NCBI GenBank assembly: GCA_964365665.1
Contig: CAYIQY010000001.1
Span: 1 to 50,971 of the forward strand
Direction of reading: 5' to 3'
From: an uncultured Candidatus Saccharibacteria bacterium
Lineage (GTDB): Bacteria > Patescibacteriota > Saccharimonadia > Saccharimonadales > Saccharimonadaceae
DNA length: 50,971 bases
The position numbers and the translations under genes are program-made. The notes under the pieces were generated by a model. It did no database searches. It saw nothing but the letters and a program-made list of their open reading frames with translations, and had not been told where the DNA came from. This document shows positions 23,992-32,805 of this stretch, piece after piece. Within the stretch, counting starts at the first letter, position 1, and the number at the start of each line of letters is the position of its first letter.

Positions 23992-24993
23992 TTAGCCCTT
24001 TTTACTGATTGGCAGCAAAAATCGAAAGGTAGTATCTTGGTTGGCTGCACTACTGACGGATAACTCGCCTTTATGAAGGGCAACGATGTCTTTGGCGAGT
24101 GCCAGTCCCAGACCTGTTCCAGTATCAGAACGCGCGTCATCGATGCGGTAAAAACGGTCAAAAACATGGGGTAAATTCTCACTCGCAATGCCCTTGCCGG
24201 TGTTCGTGATGACAAACTGGGCTTGTCTGCCCATCCGTGACAGTGACGCAGTGATTTTTGAATTTGCAGGACTGTATTTGAGGGCGTTATCGATCAGAAT
24301 TGTGAGAAGTTCTTCGATGCTCGCCGGGTTAGCTTTCACGACCACGGACTGAGAAGGAAGTGACAGTTTAATGCGTTTGGCATTTTTGTCATAACGTTGG
24401 ACGACTTCGTTGGCGATATCGCCCAGATTGACCGATTCGATATCCAGGCTGGCGTAATCTAGTTTGGATAATTGCAATAAAGTCTTTGATAACGCCGTTA
24501 ATTTGTTGACTTCTTCGAGGTTGCTTGCCAGTAGTTCGCGCATATCCTGTTTTGATAATTGTTTGTCGCGCATGGCAACTTCTAATTCGGTTTTCATCGC
24601 CGCCAATGGCGTACGGAGTTCGTGGCTGGCATCACTTGTGAATCGTGATTGTGCTTCGTGCGTGTGTTCAATTTGGCGCAGAGTGCGTCGTGCCAGCAAA
24701 TAGCTGAGGACTCCACCACCAAAAAAGATCAGCAGATTAACATAGACGAGCGTCGACAATAGATTGCGATTGGCGGTGTCGCGCTGGTTATCGCGAAGGG
24801 CTGAAAATAGTCGATTGTTTGGAGCAGAATAAGCTCCATTGCCAGGTTGTTCGAATTGGCTTTGAAAATCAGTCAGTCGGTTGCCGATTTCGCCAGTTGC
24901 CGCGCTGTAGATAGTAACACTGAATATAAGACTAATACTCATCAAGATGAGCAAATACCAGCCAGTCAGTTTCAATGTGGCGGAATGAAACAT
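23992..24993 (-). CDS. sensor histidine kinase
   Basis: Two N-terminal TM helices, H box SHELRTPL, N box DNALKY and G box GTGLGLALA. Has a 1-nt overlap with the response regulator gene. Confidence 0.9.
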   Translation of the reverse strand: MFHSATLKLTGWYLLILMSISLIFSVTIYSAATGEIGNRLTDFQSQFEQPGNGAYSAPNNRLFSALRDNQRDTANRNLLSTLVYVNLLIFFGGGVLSYLLARRTLRQIEHTHEAQSRFTSDASHELRTPLAAMKTELEVAMRDKQLSKQDMRELLASNLEEVNKLTALSKTLLQLSKLDYASLDIESVNLGDIANEVVQRYDKNAKRIKLSLPSQSVVVKANPASIEELLTILIDNALKYSPANSKITASLSRMGRQAQFVITNTGKGIASENLPHVFDRFYRIDDARSDTGTGLGLALAKDIVALHKGELSVSSAANQDTTFRFLLPISKKG

Positions 24994-25664
24994 TATGCTT
25001 CGATTTTATAACCGAATCCACGGACGGTTTTGATGAGTGGCTTGCCGAATGGTTCATCGACTTTTGCACGCAGGTATTTGATGTAGACTTCGACGGTGTT
25101 CAGTAGGATGTCGGCGTCGTAATCCCATACATGAGACACAATTGTTTCTTTGCTGGACGGTCGGCCTTGATTGCGCAAAAGGAATTCAAGCAACGCAAAT
25201 TCTTTACTGGTCAGACGGATTTCTGTATCGTCGCGCGTGACCGTAAAGGTTGTCGTGTCGAGTTCGAGGCCATCGGCCGTTAAAACAACGCCTTTTTGTT
25301 CGGCTGGGCGCCGCAAAAGTGCACGGACGCGTGCTAATAATTCTTCGAGTGCGAAGGGTTTGACTAAATAGTCGTCAGCACCGCTATCCAGGCCTTTGGT
25401 TTTGTCGGCAGTCGTACCGAGTGCGGTCAACAAAAGGACGGGGGTGTGGATCTTGGCTTCGCGCATGGCGGTAACGATGCCAATACCGTCGTGATCGCCG
25501 GGAATCATACGGTCAATAATCGCAAGATCGTAGGGTTCGGTCGTGGCCATCGCATAGCCTTCGTCCCCGTCATATGCAACATCAACAGCGTAACTTTCCT
25601 GTTCCAAAGCCTTCCCGACCGCACGGGCAATCTTGTGCTCATCTTCCACAACTAATATTCTCAT
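24993..25664 (-). CDS. OmpR/PhoB-family response regulator
   Basis: Receiver domain (MRILVVEDE...DLAIID...) plus a winged-helix output domain (...LRAKVD...TVRGFGYKIE). Confidence 0.9.
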   Translation of the reverse strand: MRILVVEDEHKIARAVGKALEQESYAVDVAYDGDEGYAMATTEPYDLAIIDRMIPGDHDGIGIVTAMREAKIHTPVLLLTALGTTADKTKGLDSGADDYLVKPFALEELLARVRALLRRPAEQKGVVLTADGLELDTTTFTVTRDDTEIRLTSKEFALLEFLLRNQGRPSSKETIVSHVWDYDADILLNTVEVYIKYLRAKVDEPFGKPLIKTVRGFGYKIEA

Positions 25665-25705
25665 ACTATCTATTATACTCCCCTTTTCTGATAGTCAACT
25701 TATCC

Positions 25706-26047
25706 TCAGGTAGTTTGCAGGGATGGGTATTTGGTGCTCCAAGACTCCATTGACTGAAGTACGGGCATCAAGTCGTGGCCTTTGCCGGTCAGCTTGTAGG
25801 CGCTACGGCTACCTTCGGTTGCGGGCTGTTTAACAATAACGCCAGCCGCTTCCAATTGGTCTAATCGAGCACAAAGTGTTCGTGGATTAATACCACCGAC
25901 CAATTCTTGAATCTGGCAAAAATGCACTGATTCTTCGTTGATAAAATACCGCAGTAATTGCGGCGTCCATTTGTTGCCAAGTATTGCAGTGGCACTGTCG
26001 ACACAACCGATGGTATCCGAAGCTGTTTTCATGCTATTACTATACAT
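25706..26047 (-). CDS. HxlR-family transcriptional regulator
   Basis: 113 aa. ILGNKWTPQLLRYF......F.QIQELVGGINPRTLCARLDQLEAAGVI is the typical HxlR wHTH. Confidence 0.8.
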   Translation of the reverse strand: MYSNSMKTASDTIGCVDSATAILGNKWTPQLLRYFINEESVHFCQIQELVGGINPRTLCARLDQLEAAGVIVKQPATEGSRSAYKLTGKGHDLMPVLQSMESWSTKYPSLQTT

Positions 26048-26068
26048 TAGATAGTGACTTTTGGCAAC

Positions 26069-27076
26069 CTATTCGGATGAAGATGGGGGGAGGTTTCGCA
26101 GTACCCGCATTATCGTTTCGTGAATCTTATCAGTCCTCCGGATGAGGGAATCTTTTGACTCGTGCAGCATTTCTTCGACAGCAGTAAGGATAACCGCTAA
26201 GTGATTATCGATGACATCAGCCGCTTTTAGCATTTGCGAAAAACGATGTTCAAAGTGGGCATCGAGAACTTCAGTAACTCGGTCTGCCTTTTCTGGAAAG
26301 AATTTCAAAATACCACGATGCAGATCGATATCGAGTCTTTCCAGGAAAGGCTTTTCCGATTGCAATAACTTCTTTACTGAATCTTTTACGAGCGTGACGT
26401 TCTTTGATCCCTGATCGGAATATTCTGTCGATAATCGACTAAGGTCACGTATATTAACATCAAGATCCTCAAAGAATGCGTTGCCCGTATCTGCTGTTGT
26501 GATCACCCATCCCGTCCAGTGTCTACCTGGTTCGAATACTTTTGGACGCAGTACTTGTCCGTCCTGATGCTCGACTTCAGTCACCTCGATTCCGCTATAA
26601 ACGAACGATCTTTCTTCGTGAATAAAGCCGTTCGGATCACCGGGATATCTTTGCAGTGGCATGTGCTGCAAGGCGAGATCTGCGCTTAGTTGTTCGACTG
26701 ATTTGTCAGCATCTTCCGGATCCAAATCTACAGGTTTACGCACGATACCGTCGTGAAATGTCGTTGCGATGCCGACGACCTCGTAGTGGCATGTCTGGAC
26801 ATCGACTCCAGCCTCTTTTAGCAGACCCAGCAGGCTGTATGCGCGTTGGACCATTCCAAAAGGATGCTCGTCATTATGATAATCTTTGTAGTTTTCACTT
26901 TCGGGGTCGCCACCGTTATTTTGACGAGAGATGTCGAGGCCGGCGACCATGGCATCGAATGAACGTTTGGGCAAAATCAGGTTCGGGAACTCATGTTCCA
27001 AGAGATCGGCTAGTTTTTGATTGTAGTCGGGTGATTGATCTGAGGAGTCATACGGTATGTCGTGTGAGTGAGTCAT
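26069..27076 (-). CDS. HD-domain-like protein (putative phosphohydrolase)
   Basis: DEHPFGM...(38 aa)...TFHDGIV fits an H...HD arrangement. The tracked ORF (to 27322) would overlap the upstream gene by 215 nt. Met83 at 27076 follows an AGGGA box. The start remains uncertain. Confidence 0.4.
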   Translation of the reverse strand: MTHSHDIPYDSSDQSPDYNQKLADLLEHEFPNLILPKRSFDAMVAGLDISRQNNGGDPESENYKDYHNDEHPFGMVQRAYSLLGLLKEAGVDVQTCHYEVVGIATTFHDGIVRKPVDLDPEDADKSVEQLSADLALQHMPLQRYPGDPNGFIHEERSFVYSGIEVTEVEHQDGQVLRPKVFEPGRHWTGWVITTADTGNAFFEDLDVNIRDLSRLSTEYSDQGSKNVTLVKDSVKKLLQSEKPFLERLDIDLHRGILKFFPEKADRVTEVLDAHFEHRFSQMLKAADVIDNHLAVILTAVEEMLHESKDSLIRRTDKIHETIMRVLRNLPPSSSE

Positions 27077-27107
27077 ATATCCCTGCGGTAAGGATATTAT
27101 ATCATAA

Positions 27108-28223
27108 TTACGCTGATCGCTGTTCCGAAGAAAGCTCCTTGTATTTTTGAGCCACAACATCGCTTTTGTGAAATTTGGTCTGTGTTCGAATTGTTTTGAA
27201 CTCATCTGGACAGTCACCTTTTTGATAGAGTGCCAAAAGATCACGAATGGTCGAAGTCGCATGACCGACAATACGCTGATCCTGCATTGACGCAGATCCC
27301 TCGTAGCAGCGGGCAAACGCATCAGTAGTGTTCAAGGGATCATACTTGCCCGGAACTGTTAAATGCATCTTGCCGCGCACAATGAGCGCTTTGTAACGTT
27401 GCCGATCGCGAAGCGAAGCAGCAGCCTTGATTTCCGCTGGATAGAATCGATGGATTTCTCCCCAGTGTTGGTTGATGATTGTCACATCATGTGTTTGTGT
27501 TCGGTGTTCATAGCCGCTCCCTGCACGATACGAAGATGGGATTGGTACATAGTTAGGGTCATTGACGTAAAGGAGTGCAAGAAGTGCGTTGCATTCATGT
27601 CCAAGGCCCAGATGATCTCCGACGGCTTCCATCTCGCGGTTCTTGCTGGCTAGTGATAGCTGCACGGCGCTTGTCTGAGCAATGGCAAGGGTATCGGCAA
27701 ATGTCCGTTCGCGCGTTTGCGGAGTGACGTTTCCAATAACGATGGATTTCATGAGTGGTGTAAATGCAAGGTTAAGGGCGAGACGAAATTCTTTCGTATC
27801 CTCAGATAAATACTCCCGATCCCATTTTTCATTAAGCACAGCCTGGTTAGTAAGTGCACGTTGCCAATAATCTTCGGCTGTTTCCAGTAAACTTAGCCGT
27901 TCACTCGTGAGCATGTCGTCGCCAACTAGACTCGCCTCGGCCGCTGCCCATCCCCCGGCGTCTAAGTAGTCAGGTAGCCATTCTTCCTTCAATCCTTCCG
28001 CGATTGTAACCAATTCTTGACTATCCTTACGTTCAACGAAAACTTTTGGCATGTTCATGTATACCGAGTAATGAGGATTGGGCGAAAAACCCTCGTATGT
28101 GTTCATGTCTTCACGATTCCCACGAGCCTGCTGAAGAAAATCGTAACCTTGTAGGGGTGTAAAATCGGGCGTTGAATGACGAGTAATCGGTGGGTCTTCG
28201 CGTGTACTAGACCGCTCGCCCAT
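27108..28223 (-). CDS. hypothetical protein with PD-(D/E)xK-like motif set
   Basis: GHECNALLAL ... THDVTII ...(19 aa)... AEIKAA resembles the E / D / ExK core of restriction-endonuclease-fold proteins. The ATG at 28223 follows a GGGGA SD (the track starts it at TTG 28235). Confidence 0.4.
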   Translation of the reverse strand: MGERSSTREDPPITRHSTPDFTPLQGYDFLQQARGNREDMNTYEGFSPNPHYSVYMNMPKVFVERKDSQELVTIAEGLKEEWLPDYLDAGGWAAAEASLVGDDMLTSERLSLLETAEDYWQRALTNQAVLNEKWDREYLSEDTKEFRLALNLAFTPLMKSIVIGNVTPQTRERTFADTLAIAQTSAVQLSLASKNREMEAVGDHLGLGHECNALLALLYVNDPNYVPIPSSYRAGSGYEHRTQTHDVTIINQHWGEIHRFYPAEIKAAASLRDRQRYKALIVRGKMHLTVPGKYDPLNTTDAFARCYEGSASMQDQRIVGHATSTIRDLLALYQKGDCPDEFKTIRTQTKFHKSDVVAQKYKELSSEQRSA

Positions 28224-28314
28224 ATTAGTCCCCAAGCTCCATGTTTGTCTTCACCATATTACCTTTGTTATATCGTACATTTTAGTACTTTGTAAAGTCT
28301 TAAATAGTTTGAGA

Positions 28315-28560
28315 TTAATTTATCCCAATAAGTGTCCAGCTGCCACCATGGTTGTCGCTGCGCAGATGAAAAGTGTGGCTGCCGTCGCTAAGTGCCAAGA
28401 TTTGTGCCATTCTCCCCTCGCGTTGAACCGTAGTGCGTAAACCATTATCAACGAAGTCAATTGATTGACCTTCGAATTCCATGCGGCGTGGGATGGCGCG
28501 GAGATCGCGGCCGAATCCCATCGATAGGATTGTTACTGGTGTGTTAAATAGATTTGTCAT
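28315..28560 (-). CDS. hypothetical small protein (81 aa)
   Basis: An AGGGGG/AAGGAA SD region lies upstream. No motif recognised. Confidence 0.5.
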   Translation of the reverse strand: MTNLFNTPVTILSMGFGRDLRAIPRRMEFEGQSIDFVDNGLRTTVQREGRMAQILALSDGSHTFHLRSDNHGGSWTLIGIN

Positions 28561-28944
28561 TTCCTTATTCCCCCTTTGGATGATAGATATAGATAAAAAC
28601 CGGCAAGAGTGCCAGTACGGATTTTGAGGGGAACTATATTGGCTAACAGATTCTACCGCTTGATCTGTATTGGTGCCTTTATAGTGATTGTTTCGTGAGT
28701 GACAGGGACGCTTGGTTACCCAGTGTGTATGCCGACGAAAATTGTATATTAAGTCTGTAGGTGGAAAGGTTGCCCAGTACCTTCATGACTATATTCATTA
28801 TGCGCCTGCATCCAGGTGATGGTCAATAGAGTTTGTGCTTATTACAACTATCCAAATTGACAGAATTTTATGCACATGGCATCATTAGCTTAACTTCGCC
28901 TCCGGCGGAGATGGACATTGAGAGATACACGAGAAGGGATAGGT

Positions 28945-29367
28945 ATGACGAACGATACGGCAATTGGTCGAAACTTCGAAATCCGACCCGATTACGTCGA
29001 TGTGTTTGGATCGAGGGCGAGACGACTTGTGGACGGCGACTGGGAAGTTAATGCGAAGTCGCCGAATAGGTTTAGCAGGCTTCTCGTCAACGACATCAGG
29101 GATGATCTTCGGACATTGCTCGACAAGGCTGTCGAGAGCGGCGAGATCCATCGTGTAGAGATGATCATGATCAGCCCCTGGGTGACGGTTTTCATGTGTC
29201 TCGAGGGGCTCATTACGCCTCGGCATTTCGGCAGCATCGTGAATGAACGCTCGTGCTACTTCGACATCAGTGGCGTACAGCTCGGCACTTACTCGTTTCC
29301 ACTGAGGATCGCGCAGATTCCGAGGTATGACCTTGAGACTGTCAACCGCTTTGGGCACCCGTTATAA
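28945..29367 (+). CDS. hypothetical protein, coding strand uncertain
   Basis: The + ORF has a GGGATAGG box before the ATG at 28945. A nearly co-extensive minus ORF (28885..29358, GTG start, no SD) contains an HD-like FIHDAAE stretch. The correct strand cannot be decided by eye. Confidence 0.3.
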   Translation: MTNDTAIGRNFEIRPDYVDVFGSRARRLVDGDWEVNAKSPNRFSRLLVNDIRDDLRTLLDKAVESGEIHRVEMIMISPWVTVFMCLEGLITPRHFGSIVNERSCYFDISGVQLGTYSFPLRIAQIPRYDLETVNRFGHPL

Positions 29368-29538
29368 CTGCGCAAATAGGCAAGCCGGCTGTAGTGTGTA
29401 CGTTGCGCTGCAGCTGGCTTCCTATGCGCCACATTCTCGGAGTTATCTCTCACGCTTTTCATGAATGCGTATTCATGCTGATGAGCTGGAAACAGCGAAA
29501 AAGCGAACTTTTTTCATCTGTGATAACCTATATCACAG

Positions 29539-30744
29539 ATGAGCGAAGCACTAAAATTTGAGATTCACGAACGTCTGGACGGTGCTTTGGCACGGACCGG
29601 GACGATGACGACACCGCACGGTGTGATCGAGACACCGGCTTTTATTCCTGTTGGAACCAAGGCAGCGCTGAAGGCTTTGACACCAGAACAGTTAGCGGCG
29701 ACAGGCGCACAGTCGTTGTTGGTGAATGCGTATCACTTGTATTTGCGACCTGGTCACGACGTGATTGACGAAGCTGGTGGCATCAATACATTCATGCATT
29801 GGGATAAACCGACATTTAGCGACAGCGGCGGGTTCCAGGTGATGTCGCTAGGTGTTGGGTTTAAAAAAGTGATTGATATGAGCGGGACGACTGACGAAAA
29901 ACAGCTAGCGAAGAAGGAAAAGTTGGCCTGGATCAGTGACGAAGGTGTTCGGTTCAAGTCACACTTGGACGGCAGTATGCATACTTTTACACCCGAACTG
30001 TCGATGCAGATCCAGCATAGTATCGGTGCTGATATTACCTTTGCTTTTGACGAATTAACGACGCTTCACCACGATTATTATTACCAGATCGAATCGCTCG
30101 ATAAACGAACCCATCCATGGGCAGTACGGAGTCTGGCTGAACACCAGCGGCTGAACGCTGAACGATCACATCGCCCACCGCAGGCACTATTCGGAGTGAT
30201 CCAAGGTGCTGATTACGAAGATTTACGGCGCAAAAGCGCCAAATTCTTGGGTGAAATGGATTTCGACGGTTATGGATTGGGCGGTGCTTTGCGCAAAGAA
30301 AACATCGGTGACATCGTGCGTTGGATGAACGAAGAATTGCCTGAAGACAAACCTCGTCATATGCTCGGCATCAGCGAACCTGATGATATCTTTGCCTGTA
30401 TCGAAAACGGCGCCGATACCTTCGACTGCGTCTCGCCTGCCCGCGTGGCTAGGAACGGTGCGCTATATCGACGCAGCGGCAGGGTCAACATCACCCGCGC
30501 AGAGTTCGCTCGTGATTTCACGCCGTTCGATACTGACTGCGATTGTTACACCTGCGCCAATTACACGTCAGCTTATCTACATCACCTCTTCCAGTCAGGC
30601 GAAATACTCAGCAAGACACTGGCTACGATTCATAACGAACGGTTCATCGTTCGTTTGGTTGATAATATTCGCGCAAGTATCGCTAATGGAACATTCTTTG
30701 ATTTTAAGCGCGAATTTCTTACAAATTACTACTCTAAAAAATAA
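29539..30744 (+). CDS. tgt: tRNA-guanine transglycosylase (queuine tRNA-ribosyltransferase)
   Basis: TPAFIPVGT, catalytic FSDSGGFQVMS, and zinc site CDCYTCANYTSAYLHHL. Confidence 0.9.
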   Translation: MSEALKFEIHERLDGALARTGTMTTPHGVIETPAFIPVGTKAALKALTPEQLAATGAQSLLVNAYHLYLRPGHDVIDEAGGINTFMHWDKPTFSDSGGFQVMSLGVGFKKVIDMSGTTDEKQLAKKEKLAWISDEGVRFKSHLDGSMHTFTPELSMQIQHSIGADITFAFDELTTLHHDYYYQIESLDKRTHPWAVRSLAEHQRLNAERSHRPPQALFGVIQGADYEDLRRKSAKFLGEMDFDGYGLGGALRKENIGDIVRWMNEELPEDKPRHMLGISEPDDIFACIENGADTFDCVSPARVARNGALYRRSGRVNITRAEFARDFTPFDTDCDCYTCANYTSAYLHHLFQSGEILSKTLATIHNERFIVRLVDNIRASIANGTFFDFKREFLTNYYSKK

Positions 30745-30788
30745 TACTATCGGTACCCAAGCACAAGCGCGTCTGGTACAATAGTTGC

Positions 30789-31100
30789 ATGCATACAATC
30801 ATTGTCATTATTCACGTAATTGCCATGATGATATCTCTGGGGCTGATGAGTACGGCTGTTGTGATGGGGCTATTCGGCAAGCAATCTGCTGTTAATGTTG
30901 CGACTCTTGGACTGGGAGCGACTGCAGTCGGTGGCGTCAGTGGAACCTTCTTGCTACTGGGCGCTCCGTTGACTATCCAATGCGCAATTTTGACCGCGTA
31001 TCTTATCGGTGTCACCGCTCTGTATGTGTTTGGATTTGCCTTAGGAGACGCGGAAAACGCCCGTCTGATCCGCAAGACCTCGCCTATTCAAAACCGCTAA
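30789..31100 (+). CDS. small 3-TM membrane protein
   Basis: 103 aa, hydrophobic. TGgTACAAT lies 6 nt before the ATG. Confidence 0.55.
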   Translation: MHTIIVIIHVIAMMISLGLMSTAVVMGLFGKQSAVNVATLGLGATAVGGVSGTFLLLGAPLTIQCAILTAYLIGVTALYVFGFALGDAENARLIRKTSPIQNR

Positions 31101-31120
31101 TTTAGGTTATACTTCAACCA

Positions 31121-32260
31121 ATGAAAACCCGCATCGAAATCGACACCAAGACATTTATCCGTTTTTGGCTAGTAGTGGTAGGGTTTATACTGGCATTTTT
31201 CGTTATTATCAGCGCGCAGACAGCACTTATTATTCTGGGCATAGCGTTTTTCCTCGCCTTAGCACTTAACCGTCCCGTTAGCGCGCTCGCCAATATTCTG
31301 CCCGGCAAAAGCCGAGCCGGCGGCACAGCGATTGCTTATATCATCGTCATCGTACTACTTGGCACCTTTTTGTTTCTTGTTGTCCCACCGGTGATTGAAC
31401 AGTCCGCAAAGGTTGCCGAATCAATACCTTCATTAATCGATCAAGTGCAGACACAATGGCATGGCCTATCAAGCCTCGCCCAACACTATGGCCTGGAGTC
31501 GCAAGTTAACCATGCACTGGATTCGATCAAGCAAAACGCATCTAGCTGGGCCGCCAACTGGGCGACTAACGTCGGTAGTAGTGTCGTATCGAGTGTCGGA
31601 TCACTCTTCGGTTTCTTTACGGCGGCGCTTCTAGTATTAGTCTTGTCGTTTTTGATGCTCATCGAAGCGCCACTTTGGCTAGGGCGTATCTGGGGAATCT
31701 ATAACGACCAAGAGCGTATGGAAAACCACAAAAAACTGGCAACTCGTATGTATAATGTCGTCACCGGCTATGTCACTGGCCAGTTGGCGGTATCGGGTCT
31801 TGGTGCGTTTTTTGCTGGTTTGACAGTGTTTATTCTCAGCTGGGTGTTCAATGTGCCGCACAATCTTGCTTTGCCTGCAGCCGCAATCGCCTTTTTGCTA
31901 TCACTCATCCCAATGTTCGGAGCGACGATCGCCGGAGTTTTGATTTGTATCCTCCTGGCATTCAATGACGTGACCGCGGCGCTTATATTTGCTGTCTACT
32001 TTGTCATTTACCAACAGATCGAAAACAACTTTATTTCGCCTACGATTCAGTCCAAGACGGTTGAGTTGTCGGCGCTTGCCGTACTCGGTTCAGTCACGGT
32101 CGGTCTGTATTTATTCGGTATCGCAGGTGGTATCATCTCGATCCCAATCGCTGGATGTGTAAAAGTATTACTAGAAGATTATCTTGAACGCGCCAAACTT
32201 CAGCGCAAGAAGAGTGGTAATCTGGTTCATAAACTAGCCAAATCAATCGAAAAAGCATAA
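31121..32260 (+). CDS. AI-2E family transporter (PerM/YhhT-like)
   Basis: 379 aa, about 8 TM. Family-typical layout including ...GQLAVSGL..., LIPMFGATIAGV and QQIENNFISP. Confidence 0.8.
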   Translation: MKTRIEIDTKTFIRFWLVVVGFILAFFVIISAQTALIILGIAFFLALALNRPVSALANILPGKSRAGGTAIAYIIVIVLLGTFLFLVVPPVIEQSAKVAESIPSLIDQVQTQWHGLSSLAQHYGLESQVNHALDSIKQNASSWAANWATNVGSSVVSSVGSLFGFFTAALLVLVLSFLMLIEAPLWLGRIWGIYNDQERMENHKKLATRMYNVVTGYVTGQLAVSGLGAFFAGLTVFILSWVFNVPHNLALPAAAIAFLLSLIPMFGATIAGVLICILLAFNDVTAALIFAVYFVIYQQIENNFISPTIQSKTVELSALAVLGSVTVGLYLFGIAGGIISIPIAGCVKVLLEDYLERAKLQRKKSGNLVHKLAKSIEKA

Positions 32261-32270
32261 AACAATCTCA

Positions 32271-32802
32271 GTTCTTGTCTGACCAAGAACCAAGTCACTT
32301 CTTTTCGTGTCAACGAAAAGAAGCAAAAGGTTCGTGACGGCTTCACGTCGCGGCGCAATGAAACAACTTGTCCTCTTGGGCGTCTGCGGAACTCGCGCCC
32401 TGACATATCAGGGGCTCAAACAGTCCTCGACACGCCACGATGCCAAGTTGTTCCATTACCCGGCCGCTGCAGATGTCACACTGGAAATAAATGTATTTCA
32501 ACGCGCCGCAGGCGCGAATAACAACAAATCACCTCATCGTGACCCCTGCAGCCAACCGAGGGCGCTGGCAACAGAAAACCGGAATCATTTGCGAGGACTG
32601 TCAAAATCAAATAACTAAAGAAATGGATTTTGACTTCCCGGAGGGAATTCCGCAGCAACCGGTTTTCTGCTGTCAGAGACCACGGCTTGGTGAAGCCGTC
32701 ACAGAGTTTTTTGTTTCTTTTTGACGGTTCAAAAAGAAAGCCTTTTGGTTCTTGGGCACAAAAGAACATTAAGCACTTTGCTACTTTGGTGCCACAAAGT
32801 AG
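32271..32802 (+). ncRNA. large structured element, copy A (candidate novel ncRNA or structured MITE; transcribed strand unknown)
   Basis: Flanking hairpins at 32271-32290, 32298-32323, 32714-32739, 32748-32767 and 32781-32802. Closing helix GTGACGGCTTCAC(32334-32346)/GTGAAGCCGTCAC(32690-32702). Internal helices are listed in the findings. A diverged inverted copy lies at 38409-38880. Tracked ORFs here are short and overlap in several frames. Confidence 0.5.
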
Positions 32803-32805
32803 GGG

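Noticed and set aside
28885-29358. A 157-aa minus-strand ORF with an HD-like FIHDAAE stretch, nearly co-extensive with the plus-strand ORF reported as a low-confidence feature.
   Set aside because: Not fully rejected. It has a GTG start without an SD, and its C-terminal half looks non-protein-like, so the plus-strand ORF with an SD-like box was listed instead. A homology search is needed to decide, and it might be a decayed HD-domain pseudogene.
32271-32802. Whether the large structured element is RNase P RNA, tmRNA, SRP RNA, 6S RNA, a group I or II intron, a retron msr-msd, or a T-box leader for cysS.
   Set aside because: None of the hallmark motifs I know are present: GGAAAGUCC/ACAGAA for RNase P, a tRNA-like 3' end with a tag ORF for tmRNA, and GUCAGG...GGAAGCAGC for SRP. 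It is not inserted in a gene and has no adjacent RT. It lies 3' rather than 5' of cysS. A formal cmscan is still required.
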